Source: Kineococcus radiotolerans SRS30216 = ATCC BAA-149 (GTDB lineage: Bacteria > Actinomycetota > Actinomycetes > Actinomycetales > Kineococcaceae). From it: a DNA stretch of 32,000 nucleotides. Each line of letters starts with the position of its first letter. Within the stretch, counting starts at the first letter, position 1. Below are positions 14,769-23,749 of the stretch, one piece after another. Made by a program: the position numbers and the translations under genes. Under the pieces are notes generated by a model that searched no databases, was not told where the DNA came from, and saw only the letters and a program-made list of their open reading frames with translations. The stretch is from the NCBI RefSeq assembly GCF_000017305.1, contig NC_009664.2, positions 1,890,001-1,922,000 on the forward strand, in the 5' to 3' direction.

Positions 14769-16951
14769 ACCTCCCCCGCGCCACCCTGCCCGGCCTCGAG
14801 CTGGCCCGGTTCCGGCGGGCGGCGATCACCCGGCTCGCGCTGCTGGCCGTCGTCGTCGTCCCGCTGGTCTACGGCGGGCTGTACCTGTCGTCGAACTCCG
14901 ACCCGCTGTCGCGGTTGTCGAACCTGCGCGCCGCCGTGGTGAACGCCGACGCCCCGGCGAGCGTGGACGGCGTGGACGGGCAGCCGCGCACGATCCACGC
15001 GGGGTCCGACCTCGTGGAGGAGCTCACCGGTCCCGACGCCGCCGCGGGCTTCAGCTGGGAGGCCGCCTCCGAGGCCGAGGCGGCCCGGGGGCTGCGCGAG
15101 GGGGACTACGCCGCCGTCCTGCGCATCCCGGCCGGTTTCTCGCGGGCGCTGGCCTCCACCGGCGGCGACGCCCCCGAGCGCGCCCAGCTCGACGTCACCA
15201 CCGACGACGCCGAGAACTACATCGTCGGGCAGGTCGCCAACACCGTCGCCACCACGATCCGCACCGACGTCGCGGCCGGGGCGACGGCGGACTACCTGGA
15301 GAACGTCTACGTCGCCTTCGGCACGGTCCACGACTCCCTGGGCCGGGCCGCCGACGGCGCCGGTCAGCTCGCCGACGGCGCCCGGGCGGCCGACGACGGG
15401 GCGGACACCCTCGTCGTCGGCCTGGGCGACCTCGACGACGGCGCGGCCCGGCTCGTCGAGGGCACCGGGGCGCTGCGCTCGGGCGCGGACGAGCTCGCCG
15501 CCGGCACCGCCGAGCTCGCCACCGGCGCCGGCAGCGCCGCCACCGGCGCCGGGTCGCTGGCCACCGGCCTGGACCGGCTGCGGACCGCCACCGCGGACCT
15601 GCCGGAGCAGACCGCCCGGCTGTCCACCGGCGCCGGGGCCGTCGCCGAGGGTGCGGGCCGGGTCGCGCAGGGCGCCGACGCCGTGGCCGCCGCCGCCGAC
15701 CGCCTCGCCCCCGCCCTGGAGGACGCTGGCCGGCTCGTCCCCGTCGTCGACCAGCTGCTGGCCCAGGCCCGCGCGCTGGCCGCCGCGAACCCCGACGACG
15801 AGACCCTCGCCACCGCCGTCACCACCCTGGAGGAGACCCGGCGCAGCCTCACCGACGGGTCCCTGGACCAGGTCGGGCAGGCCGTCACCACCCAGGTCGA
15901 CGCCCTGGCCACCGGCGCTCGCGACCTGTCGCAGGGCGCGGACGCCGTCGCCGGCGGCGCCCGGCAGCTCGCCGCCTCCGCCCCGGCCCTGCAGCAGGGC
16001 GTGGCCGCGGCCGCCGACGGCGCCGACGCCCTGGCCGCGGGCACGCGGACCCTCGCCACCGGCTCGCGCTCCGCCGCCGACGGGGCCGCCTCGCTCGCCT
16101 CCGGCGCCGCGCAGGTCGACGACGGCGCCACGGCCCTGGTGGACGGCACCGCGCAGGCCCGTTCCGGCGCCCAGCAGCTCGCCGACGGCACCGCGCAGCT
16201 GGCCGACGGCGCCGGGACCCTGCGGACGCAGCTGCGCGAGGGCCAGGACGACGTCCCCGTCTACACCGGCGACGCCGCGAGCCGGCGCGCCGACGTCGTC
16301 GCCTCCCCCGTCACCGCCGAGCGCGTCCGGGAGCACGCCGTCGCCACGTACGGCGACGGCCTCGCGCCGCTGTTCGTGCCGGTCTCGCTGTGGGTCGGGG
16401 GGATGGTGACGTACATGGTGCTGCGGGCGGTGTCCCCGCGGGCGCTGGCCTCCACGGCCTCCTCGTACCGCGCCGCCGTCGCGGGCTGGGTGCCGGGCGC
16501 GCTGCTCGGCGTGGCCCAGGCCGTCGTGCTGCTGGGCGTCCTGCTGCTGGGCGTCGGCATCGCCTCGCCGAACCCGCTCGCCACGATCGCCTTCGCGGCG
16601 CTGGTCGCGGTGGTGTTCACCGCCGTCCACCAGTGCCTCAACGCCCTGCTCGGCGGGGCGGGACGGCTCGTGGCGCTGGTCCTGCTCGTCCTGCAGCTCA
16701 CCTCCGCCGGGGGCACCTACCCCGTCGGCACCTCACCGGCGTTCTTCGAGGCCATCCACCCGTACCTGCCGATGACCTACGCCGCCGACGGGCTGCGCCA
16801 CCTCGTCGCCGGGGCCGCGGCCGGGCCGGTGTGGGCCGACGCGGGCGTGCTCGCCGGGTTCGGCGTCCTGGCGCTGGCGGTGACGGTCCTGGCCTGCCAC
16901 CGCCGCCGCACCTGGACGGTCTCGGAGCTGCACCCCAGCCTGTCGCTGTGA
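14765..16951 (+). CDS. YhgE/Pip-domain membrane protein (ABC-2-type permease with large repetitive ectodomain)
   Basis: ORF 14765-16951(+), 728 aa. GTG overlaps the upstream stop (GTGA 14765-14768). N-terminal TM (ITRLALLAVVVVPLVYGGLYL) is followed by RAAVVNAD. A ~300 aa Ala/Gly/Asp/Leu repetitive coiled region is followed by a C-terminal polytopic domain (five or more hydrophobic segments). Confidence 0.85.
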   Translation: MNLPRATLPGLELARFRRAAITRLALLAVVVVPLVYGGLYLSSNSDPLSRLSNLRAAVVNADAPASVDGVDGQPRTIHAGSDLVEELTGPDAAAGFSWEAASEAEAARGLREGDYAAVLRIPAGFSRALASTGGDAPERAQLDVTTDDAENYIVGQVANTVATTIRTDVAAGATADYLENVYVAFGTVHDSLGRAADGAGQLADGARAADDGADTLVVGLGDLDDGAARLVEGTGALRSGADELAAGTAELATGAGSAATGAGSLATGLDRLRTATADLPEQTARLSTGAGAVAEGAGRVAQGADAVAAAADRLAPALEDAGRLVPVVDQLLAQARALAAANPDDETLATAVTTLEETRRSLTDGSLDQVGQAVTTQVDALATGARDLSQGADAVAGGARQLAASAPALQQGVAAAADGADALAAGTRTLATGSRSAADGAASLASGAAQVDDGATALVDGTAQARSGAQQLADGTAQLADGAGTLRTQLREGQDDVPVYTGDAASRRADVVASPVTAERVREHAVATYGDGLAPLFVPVSLWVGGMVTYMVLRAVSPRALASTASSYRAAVAGWVPGALLGVAQAVVLLGVLLLGVGIASPNPLATIAFAALVAVVFTAVHQCLNALLGGAGRLVALVLLVLQLTSAGGTYPVGTSPAFFEAIHPYLPMTYAADGLRHLVAGAAAGPVWADAGVLAGFGVLALAVTVLACHRRRTWTVSELHPSLSL

Positions 16952-16975
16952 GGCCCGTCCCGCCGGGGACGGGCC
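16952..16975. terminator. Strong hairpin after the yhgE/pip-like gene (10-bp stem GGCCCGTCCC/GGGACGGGCC, loop GCCG)
   Basis: Read directly. It starts 1 nt after the stop at 16951 in a convergent spacer. Confidence 0.6.
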
Positions 16976-16991
16976 GGGTCCCACCCCCGGC

Positions 16992-17873
16992 TCAGCCCCG
17001 CGGGGTGAGCTGCTTGGGCAGGCACACGTTGCCGCGCACCTCGGCGGGGACGTCGGCGAACATGCTGGCGCACCAGGTCCGCACGTCCTCGACGTCGGCG
17101 AAGGGCCCGGCGGCCAGGGTCACCCAGTACGGGTTGCCGCGGGCGTCGAGGAGCCCCTCGCCGAAGTCGGTGGTCTTGAGCACGAACACGTCCCCGCCGG
17201 CGGCGCCGGAGGCGATCTCGCGGCTCTGGGCGAGGATGTCGGCCGGGTAGAAGGTGCTGCTGCCGTTGGAGGCGGTCTGCACCGGGTCGGTCGTGCCGAC
17301 GCTCTTGGCCGAGAGCTGCGCCACCCACTGCCCGCGCGGGGCGTGGGTCGCGAGACCGCTGCGGCGCAGGGCCTCCAGCTCGGCCGTGGCCTCGGCGTCG
17401 GCGGCGGCGGTGCCCCCGGAGGGCGAGGGCGGGGCGGACGCCCGCGCGACGGGGTCCCGGGGGGCGGTGGGTGTGGTGGCGGCCCGGTCCGCGGGGGCGG
17501 CCAGGGTGCGGGTGGCGAGCAGCCCGAGCATGGCCAGCAGCACGACCGCGAGCACGAGGGCGGTGACCTGCAACGCCCGCAGCCCCCGCGGTCCCGGTCG
17601 TGCCCCCGCCGGGCGGGGGGTCCGGACGAGGCGGGGGGTGTGGACCACGCGCGGGGCCGGGTCGGGGGCCGGCGGGGCGGGGGGACCGGGGGTCCTCGTC
17701 GCGGTGCCCGTGCCCGGGTCCGCGTCCGGGTGGAAGTCCTCCCACCACGGTGCACCCGGCACGACGACCTCCCGACGCTGCGGGTGCGACCTCCGCACCC
17801 GCTCCGACGCCGTCCCGGCGGCGTCCGGACCCGCCGACGCCGTCCGCGGGCGGGTTCCGCAGTGCCCCAGCAT
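16992..17873 (-). CDS. Hypothetical single-pass membrane protein (Pro-rich N-terminus, extracytoplasmic C-terminal domain)
   Basis: Of three overlapping minus-strand ORFs here, only 16992-17873 has a C-terminal half with ordinary composition: GQWVAQLSAKSVGTTDP...NPYWVTLAAGPFADVEDVRTWCASMFADVPAEVRGNVCLPKQL. TM: LQVTALVLAVVLLAMLGLLA. The ATG 17873 start is uncertain. Confidence 0.55.
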   Translation of the reverse strand: MLGHCGTRPRTASAGPDAAGTASERVRRSHPQRREVVVPGAPWWEDFHPDADPGTGTATRTPGPPAPPAPDPAPRVVHTPRLVRTPRPAGARPGPRGLRALQVTALVLAVVLLAMLGLLATRTLAAPADRAATTPTAPRDPVARASAPPSPSGGTAAADAEATAELEALRRSGLATHAPRGQWVAQLSAKSVGTTDPVQTASNGSSTFYPADILAQSREIASGAAGGDVFVLKTTDFGEGLLDARGNPYWVTLAAGPFADVEDVRTWCASMFADVPAEVRGNVCLPKQLTPRG

Positions 17874-17945
17874 GCCCCCGGCACCCCGCGGACGGCGCGT
17901 CGAGCGCGCGTCGCGCGGGGGCCGGCGGGCGGGGGCGGGGCGCGG

Positions 17946-18452
17946 TCAGGCGCTGGCGAGGACCTGGGTCCAGAACTGCCCGGCGGCGCCGGGGCGCTCG
18001 GAGATGCCGACGAACCCGAGGCTGCAGTCGAGGATGTTGGCGCGGTGGCCGGGGCTGGCCAGCCAGGCGTCGACGACGTCGGCGGCGGCGTAGCCGAGGG
18101 CGATGTTCTCCGCCGTGCGCCGGGGCAGGACGCCCTGGGCGGCCAGGCGGGTGCGCGGGGAGCTGCCGTCGGCCCCGGTGTGGCTCATGAGCCCGGTGGC
18201 GGCCATCTCGTCGGTGTGCCGGTCGGCGGCGGCGGTCAGGGCGGGGGTCAGCAGCAGCGGGCCGCAGCCGGCGGCGGCGCGGGCGGCGTTGGTCTCGTCG
18301 AGGACCTGGAGGACCTGCAGGGCGTGGGGGTCGAGCGGGGGCGGCACGATCTCCGCGGCCGAGGCCGGGGCGGCCAGGACCACGGTGGCGGCGGCGGCGG
18401 CGGCCGCGGTGAGGGAGAGGGTGCGGAGGGGGCGCCGGGGGAGCGTCGTCAT
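17946..18452 (-). CDS. Secreted CAP/SCP (PR-1-like, YkwD-type) domain protein
   Basis: ORF 17946-18452(-), 168 aa. Signal peptide ...VVLAAPASAAE. Motifs: LDETNAARAAAGCGPL, HTDEMAATGLMSHTGADGSSPRTRL, TAENIALGY, WLASPGHRANILD. Confidence 0.85.
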   Translation of the reverse strand: MTTLPRRPLRTLSLTAAAAAAATVVLAAPASAAEIVPPPLDPHALQVLQVLDETNAARAAAGCGPLLLTPALTAAADRHTDEMAATGLMSHTGADGSSPRTRLAAQGVLPRRTAENIALGYAAADVVDAWLASPGHRANILDCSLGFVGISERPGAAGQFWTQVLASA

Positions 18453-18537
18453 GGTCCGAACTCAACCAGTCGGCGCGCTCCCTGGGCGTCCCGTGTGAGA
18501 TGAACCACACGGTGCGTGTTCTGCCGGATACTTTCTG

Positions 18538-21210
18538 TCAATATCCCGTGTTCACCTGGGACGCACCGGCGCTGACGACGGTTCCCCCGTCGCCCCGGTG
18601 CACCACCACCCGCCCCTTGCCCGCGCGCTTGGCCTCGTACATCGCCTCGTCGGCGTCGCGCACGACCTGCTCGACGCGCACCGGGGTCGCCGGGTCCCCC
18701 GGGCACCAACGGGCCCCGATGCTCGCGCCCACGACCGCGTCGTGACCCCGCACCCGCAGCGGCGCCGCGAGCGCGTCCAGGATCCGCTGCCCGATCACCA
18801 CCAGGTCCGCCTCCGCCGACGCCCCCGCGCACACCACGGCGAACTCGTCCCCGCCCAGCCGCGCGACGGTGTCGCCCGGGCGCACGCAGCCGGACAGCAG
18901 CCGCGCGACCTGCACGAGCAGCTCGTCGCCGGCCTGGTGGCCGGCGGTGTCGTTGACCGCCTTGAAGCCGTCGAGGTCCACGTACAGGACCCCCACCCCC
19001 TCCGGCCCCCGCGAGGAGGCCGCGACCGCGTGCTCCAGCCGGTCCAGGAACAGGGTCCGGTTCGCCAGCCCCGTCAGCGCGTCGTGCAGCGCGCGGTGGT
19101 GCAGCTCCGCCTGCACGGCCCGGCGCTCGGTGACGTCCTCGACCAGGCACAGCAGCAGCGGGTCCGCGCCCTGCAGCTGCACCAGCGCCGCGGAGACCTC
19201 CGCGTCCAGCACGCGCCCGTCGGCCGCGGCCAGGCGGACCTCGACGGTCTGCTCCGCCACCGCCCCCGCGAGGACGTCGGCGAACAGCTCGCCCACCTCG
19301 GGCCGCTCCCCGTCCGCGACGAGGTCGGCGAAACCGCCCGCCAGCAGCTCCTCCTCCGCGCGGGCGGTGAAGCGGGCCAGCGCCCGGTTCACCCGCAGCA
19401 ACCGGCCCGCGTCCGGGCCGGCCACCGCGACCAGCGCGATCCCCACCGGGGCGGTGTCCACGGCCACCCGCAGCAGCGCCTCGGAGTTCTCCAGCTCGGA
19501 GACGTCGGTGGCCATGCCGATGAGGCCGACCAGCCGGCCCTCCCCGTCGTGCATCGGCGAGGTGGTCAGGCTGACGGGCAGGGTGCTGCCGTCCTTGCGC
19601 ACGTACGTCATCCGGCTCGTGGAGGGCCCGAGCTCGGCGGCCCGGCGGAAGACGTCGCGCACGTCGACGTCGAGCGCGGCGGCGGTCTCGCGCAGCTGGG
19701 CGGGGTCGTGGAGCAGCGCGCCGTCGAGGCCCAGCACCTCCGCCGCGCTCCAGCCCAGCATCCGCTCGGCGCCCTCGTTGAAGACGTTGACGGTGCCGGC
19801 GGTGTCCACGGCGATGATCGCGTGCTCCGTCGCGGCGGTCAGCACGCTGGAGAGCAGGTCGTGGGCGCGGGCGACCTCCTCGGCGGCGGCGCGCACCTCG
19901 GAGACGTCGTGGAAGGCGGCGACGGCCCCTCCGCTCCACACGGCCCCGTCCGCGCGGGGCAGCGGGTGGGCGCTGACGCTGAGCAGGACCCCGCCGGGGT
20001 GGCTGGGCGAGAGGAGCAGGAGGTCCTCCTGCTCGACGTCCTCCCCCGCCAGCGCCCGCACCACGGGCAGCTCCCCGTCGGCGAAGGGGCTGCCGTCGGG
20101 GCGGCGGAAGTCCAGCCGGGTGCGCCAGTCGGACCGGGCGGTGGGGCCGTGCCCGCCCAGCAGCCGCTCGGCGGCGGGGTTGCGCAGCAGGGAGTCGCCG
20201 CGGGCGTCGAAGACGCACACCGCGTCGGAGATCGAGCCGAAGACCGCCCCGAGCAGGTCCGCCTGACGGGCCGCCTCGGCGTGCGCGGCGGCGGCGCGGG
20301 CGGCCTGGTCGACGCCCTCGTCGCGGTAGAGCGCGAGGACGAGGGTGATGAAGCCCAGGGTCCCGATGAAGGCCTCCGCGCACACGGCCTGCAGGTCCGG
20401 CGACAGGTCGTGCCACGGCCCGCCGCCGGACCAGGTGGCGAGGACGACGACCGCGGCCACCACCCCGACGTGAGCGGTGGCCAGCGTCGTGGTGCGCCGC
20501 AGCGCGACCCACACGGCGACGAGCAGGACGAGGAAGGTGATGGCGTGCCCGGCGTAGACCCAGAAGACCAGCAGGTAGACGGCGGCGAAGGCCACCGCCT
20601 GGGCCACCCGCTCCAGGAGGGGCGCGGACCGCCCCGGCGCGTCGGGCCGCCGCTCGCCGGTGCGCAGCACGACGGCCAGCAGCACGAACGTCGAGACGCT
20701 GGTGCGCAGCGTCCACTGCAGCAGCGCCAGCCCCGCGTCGACGTCGGCGAGGACGAAGGCGGCCCCGGCGAGCGGCGCGGAGACGACGGCCCCCGCGACC
20801 GAGGACAGGGCCAGGCTGCGCAGGTGGGCGACGGTGGCCAGCCGGAAGCCCTCCGGCTGCAGGAAGCGGTGGGTCCAGGCCCCGGCGAGGGCCTGCACGG
20901 CCGCCGACAGCGCCAGCGCGGTGGCCTCCCCCACCGGCATCCCGGTGAGCAGCCGCAGCACCACGGTGGCGGCGACGAGCAGCAGCGCGTCGAGCAGGCG
21001 GGCCGCGCGCCCGGGGGACCCGGCCAGCCACAGCAGCCCCACGGCCGAGGCGGGCCAGAAGATCGCGAGGTGGGCGCCGTCGGCCTGGGCGCTGCGCCCC
21101 ACGAGGGTGGCGAGGACGAAGACGACGAGGAGGACGCACCGGCGGCGCCAGGGGCCGGCCAGCCACGTCGGTTCCCCGGCCGCGAGGACCAGGCGCTCGC
21201 CCACGCTCAC
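18538..21210 (-). CDS. Sensor diguanylate cyclase: MASE1 membrane domain, three PAS-like domains, GGDEF
   Basis: ORF 18538-21210(-), 890 aa, GTG start. The polytopic N-terminus contains LAIFWPASAVGLLWLAG (MASE1-like). PAS-like segments: SISDAVCVFDARGDSLLRNPAAERLLG; EHAIIAVDTAGTVNVFNEGAERMLGW; APVGIALVAV. GGDEF domain: ALHDALTGLANR...RPGDTVARLGGDEFAVV, with an RxxD I-site 5 residues before GGDEF. No EAL or HD-GYP domain. Confidence 0.9.
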   Translation of the reverse strand: MSVGERLVLAAGEPTWLAGPWRRRCVLLVVFVLATLVGRSAQADGAHLAIFWPASAVGLLWLAGSPGRAARLLDALLLVAATVVLRLLTGMPVGEATALALSAAVQALAGAWTHRFLQPEGFRLATVAHLRSLALSSVAGAVVSAPLAGAAFVLADVDAGLALLQWTLRTSVSTFVLLAVVLRTGERRPDAPGRSAPLLERVAQAVAFAAVYLLVFWVYAGHAITFLVLLVAVWVALRRTTTLATAHVGVVAAVVVLATWSGGGPWHDLSPDLQAVCAEAFIGTLGFITLVLALYRDEGVDQAARAAAAHAEAARQADLLGAVFGSISDAVCVFDARGDSLLRNPAAERLLGGHGPTARSDWRTRLDFRRPDGSPFADGELPVVRALAGEDVEQEDLLLLSPSHPGGVLLSVSAHPLPRADGAVWSGGAVAAFHDVSEVRAAAEEVARAHDLLSSVLTAATEHAIIAVDTAGTVNVFNEGAERMLGWSAAEVLGLDGALLHDPAQLRETAAALDVDVRDVFRRAAELGPSTSRMTYVRKDGSTLPVSLTTSPMHDGEGRLVGLIGMATDVSELENSEALLRVAVDTAPVGIALVAVAGPDAGRLLRVNRALARFTARAEEELLAGGFADLVADGERPEVGELFADVLAGAVAEQTVEVRLAAADGRVLDAEVSAALVQLQGADPLLLCLVEDVTERRAVQAELHHRALHDALTGLANRTLFLDRLEHAVAASSRGPEGVGVLYVDLDGFKAVNDTAGHQAGDELLVQVARLLSGCVRPGDTVARLGGDEFAVVCAGASAEADLVVIGQRILDALAAPLRVRGHDAVVGASIGARWCPGDPATPVRVEQVVRDADEAMYEAKRAGKGRVVVHRGDGGTVVSAGASQVNTGY

Positions 21211-21315
21211 CGCACCTCCGCCCCGCGACCCCGGCGCCCCGGCCGGAGCACCTCACCCGTCATCGACCGGGCGGGGCGGCGCCTTGAGCCGTCCGGGGGC
21301 CTGCGGGACGCCGTG

Positions 21316-21349
21316 GAGCGGTCGCCGCCCGGACGGGCGGCGACCGCTC
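21316..21349 (-). terminator. Very strong hairpin after the TIM-barrel gene (15-bp perfect stem, loop GGAC)
   Basis: GAGCGGTCGCCGCCC ggac GGGCGGCGACCGCTC, read directly. It lies 5 nt beyond the stop at 21354 and marks the end of the sugar locus. Confidence 0.7.
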
Positions 21350-21353
21350 GGGG

Positions 21354-22370
21354 TCAGCCCCTGGAGCTGAAGGCCGCGTCGAAGGCCGCGGCCGGGGGCT
21401 GGAACAGCTCACCGAGGCCGCGGATGAACCGCAGCGCGTCGGGGGCCCCGCGCAGGCGGTCCACGCCGGCGTCCTCCCACTCCACGCTGGTCGGGCCGGT
21501 GTAGCCGATGTTGTTCAGCTCGCGGAAGATCAGCTCCCACGGCACGTCGCCGTGCCCGACGGAGGTGAAGTCCCAGCCGCGGCGGGAGTCCGCCCACGGC
21601 AGGTGCGAGCCGAGGCGGCCGGCGCGGCCGTCGAGCTGCTTGCGGGAGTCCTTGCAGTGCACGTGGTAGATCCGGTCGGCGAAGTCGCGCAGGAAGCCGA
21701 TCGGGTCGAGGTCCTGCCAGACGAAGTGCGACGGGTCGAAGTTCAGCCCGAACGCCTCGCGGTGGCCGATGGCCTCCATGGCGCGCTTCGTCGTCCAGTA
21801 GTCGTAGGCGATCTCGGAGGGGTGGACCTCGTGGGCGAACCTCACCCCGACCTCGTCGAAGACGTCGAGGATCGGGTTCCACCGGTCGGCGAAGTCCTGG
21901 TACCCGGCCTCGACCATGGAGTCGGGGGTGGGGGGGAACATCGCGACGGTGTGCCAGATCGAGGAGCCGGTGAAGCCGGTGACGGTCTTCACGCCCAGGC
22001 GCGCGGCGGTGCGGGCGGCGTCCTTCACGTACTCGGCGGCGCGCTGCCGGACGCCCTCGGGGTCGCCGTCGCCCCACACCTGCTCGGACACGATGTCCTG
22101 GTGGCGGGCGTCGATGAGGTCGCAGACGGCCTGACCGGTCAGGTGCGCGGAGATCGTCCACACCTGCAGGCCGTGCTTCTCCAGCGTCGCCTTCTTCTCG
22201 GCGATGTAGTCGTCGTCGCGCGCGCCGCGGGTGGCGTCGAGGTGGTCGCCCCAGGTGGCGATCTCGAGGCCGTCGTAGCCCCACTCGGAGGCGAGGCGGC
22301 AGACCTCCTCGAAGGGCAGGTCGGCCCACTGGCCGGTGAAGAGCGTCACCGGGCGGGGAGTCGTGGCCAT
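21354..22370 (-). CDS. Xylose-isomerase-like TIM-barrel protein (sugar phosphate isomerase/epimerase family)
   Basis: 3' part of track ORF 21354-22565(-). ATG 22370 is preceded by GGAGAG. N-terminus: [45 protein letters not shown]. It lies 11 nt downstream of the oxidoreductase gene. Confidence 0.85.
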   Translation of the reverse strand: MATTPRPVTLFTGQWADLPFEEVCRLASEWGYDGLEIATWGDHLDATRGARDDDYIAEKKATLEKHGLQVWTISAHLTGQAVCDLIDARHQDIVSEQVWGDGDPEGVRQRAAEYVKDAARTAARLGVKTVTGFTGSSIWHTVAMFPPTPDSMVEAGYQDFADRWNPILDVFDEVGVRFAHEVHPSEIAYDYWTTKRAMEAIGHREAFGLNFDPSHFVWQDLDPIGFLRDFADRIYHVHCKDSRKQLDGRAGRLGSHLPWADSRRGWDFTSVGHGDVPWELIFRELNNIGYTGPTSVEWEDAGVDRLRGAPDALRFIRGLGELFQPPAAAFDAAFSSRG

Positions 22371-22381
22371 CGGTTCTCTCC

Positions 22382-23575
22382 TCAGATCGTGGTGTAGGCG
22401 GAGTCGTTCTCGGCGCTGCGCTGCACGGCGTCCAGCACCTGCTGGACCTGCAGGCCGTCGGCGAAGCTCGGGCTGGGGTCGCGCTCGTCGGCGATCGCGC
22501 CCAGGAACTCCTGCAGCTCGTGGACGAAGGGGTGGTCGTAGCCCAGCCCGTGCCCGGCCGGCCACCAGTTCGACACCCCGGGGTGCTCGGGCTCGGTGGC
22601 GAGGATGCGGCGGAAACCGTTCTCCGCGTCGGGCAGGGTGCCGTCGAAGAAGTGCAGCTCGTTCATGGACTCGAAGTCGAACGCGATCGACCCCTTGGAC
22701 CCGTTGACCTCGATGCGCATCCCGTTCTTGCGGCCCAGCGCCATCCGGCTCGCCTCGAAGGTCATCAGCGCGCCGCCGTCGCCGCGGCCGAAGAACACCG
22801 CCGCGTCGTCGACGGTGACCTCGCCGCGCTCGGTGGAGGCCTCCGCACCCAGGCCTGTGTTGGAGCCGGTGCGGGCGGCCTCCAGCGGGCGGGTCTTGAC
22901 GAAGGTCTCGACGGTGCCGGACACCCCCAGCAGGCGCTGGCCGGTGATGAACTGCGCGGCGTCGATGATGTGGGAGCCGATGTCGCCCAGCGCGCCGGCG
23001 CCGGAGCGGTCCTTCTGCAGCCGCCAGGTCAGCGGGAACTCGGGGTCGACGATCCAGTCCTGCAGGTACACCGCGCGGACCTGGCGGACCTCGCCCAGGC
23101 GCCCGGCCTCGACGAGCTGGCGGGCCAGGCCGATCGCGGGGACCTGGCGGTAGTTGAAGGCCACCATGGAGCGGACGCCCTTCGCGGCGGCGGCCTGCGC
23201 GGCGGCGGTCATCCGCTGCGCCTCCTCGACCGTCTTGGCCAGCGGCTTCTCGCAGATGACGTGCTTGCCGGCCTCGAGGGCGGCGATGGCGATCTCGGCG
23301 TGGGAGTCGCCGGGGGTGAGGACGTCCACGACGTGGACGTCGTCGCGGGCGATCACCTCGCGCCAGTCCGCGACGCCCTCGTCCCAGCCGAACTGGGTGG
23401 CGGCGGCCTGCGCGCGGCCCAGGTCGCGCCCGGCCAGCACCAGGCGCCTGGTGCGGAAGCGCGGGGTGCCGACGTGGTCGACGCTGCGCCAGGCGTGGGA
23501 GTGGACCGCGCCCATGAAGGAGTGGCCGATGACGGCGACCCCGAGCTCAGGCAGTTCGTTCGGTGCAGCGGACAT
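22382..23575 (-). CDS. Gfo/Idh/MocA-family NAD(P)-dependent oxidoreductase
   Basis: 3' part of track ORF 22382-23710(-). ATG 23575 is preceded by GGAGGA. Rossmann N-terminus [19 protein letters not shown] and the EKPLA motif ([11 protein letters not shown]). Confidence 0.88.
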   Translation of the reverse strand: MSAAPNELPELGVAVIGHSFMGAVHSHAWRSVDHVGTPRFRTRRLVLAGRDLGRAQAAATQFGWDEGVADWREVIARDDVHVVDVLTPGDSHAEIAIAALEAGKHVICEKPLAKTVEEAQRMTAAAQAAAAKGVRSMVAFNYRQVPAIGLARQLVEAGRLGEVRQVRAVYLQDWIVDPEFPLTWRLQKDRSGAGALGDIGSHIIDAAQFITGQRLLGVSGTVETFVKTRPLEAARTGSNTGLGAEASTERGEVTVDDAAVFFGRGDGGALMTFEASRMALGRKNGMRIEVNGSKGSIAFDFESMNELHFFDGTLPDAENGFRRILATEPEHPGVSNWWPAGHGLGYDHPFVHELQEFLGAIADERDPSPSFADGLQVQQVLDAVQRSAENDSAYTTI

Positions 23576-23688
23576 GCGGGGTGTTCCTCCGGGGCGTCGT
23601 CGGCTCGTTGTGCTGCGGATCGTACTAACCGGTCCCGGGTGGGGGAACAGCCCACCCCGCCCCTCCCCCGCCCTCCCCGCCGCGGTCG

Positions 23689-23714
23689 CGCCGTGGTCGT
23701 CGAGGACCACGGCG
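23689..23714 (-). terminator. Hairpin between the two oxidoreductase genes (10-bp stem CGCCGTGGTC/GACCACGGCG, 6-nt loop)
   Basis: Read directly. A second hairpin follows (GGGTGGG/CCCACCC, 23637-23657), then an AT-richer patch (23615-23630). Confidence 0.5.
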
Positions 23715-23739
23715 GGGACCGCGGCGGGGGACCGCGGCG
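23714..23739. repeat. Perfect 13-nt tandem repeat GGGGACCGCGGCG x2 in non-coding DNA
   Basis: Read directly. It lies between the stop at 23750 and the 10-bp hairpin. Confidence 0.85.
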
Positions 23740-23749
23740 GGGGGTGGGG

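Noticed and set aside
18536-18541. TTGACA hexamer (minus sense) as a -35 box for the CAP-domain gene.
   Set aside because: It overlaps the cyclase stop codon, and no acceptable TANNNT -10 lies 16-19 nt downstream. I kept it only as a remark.
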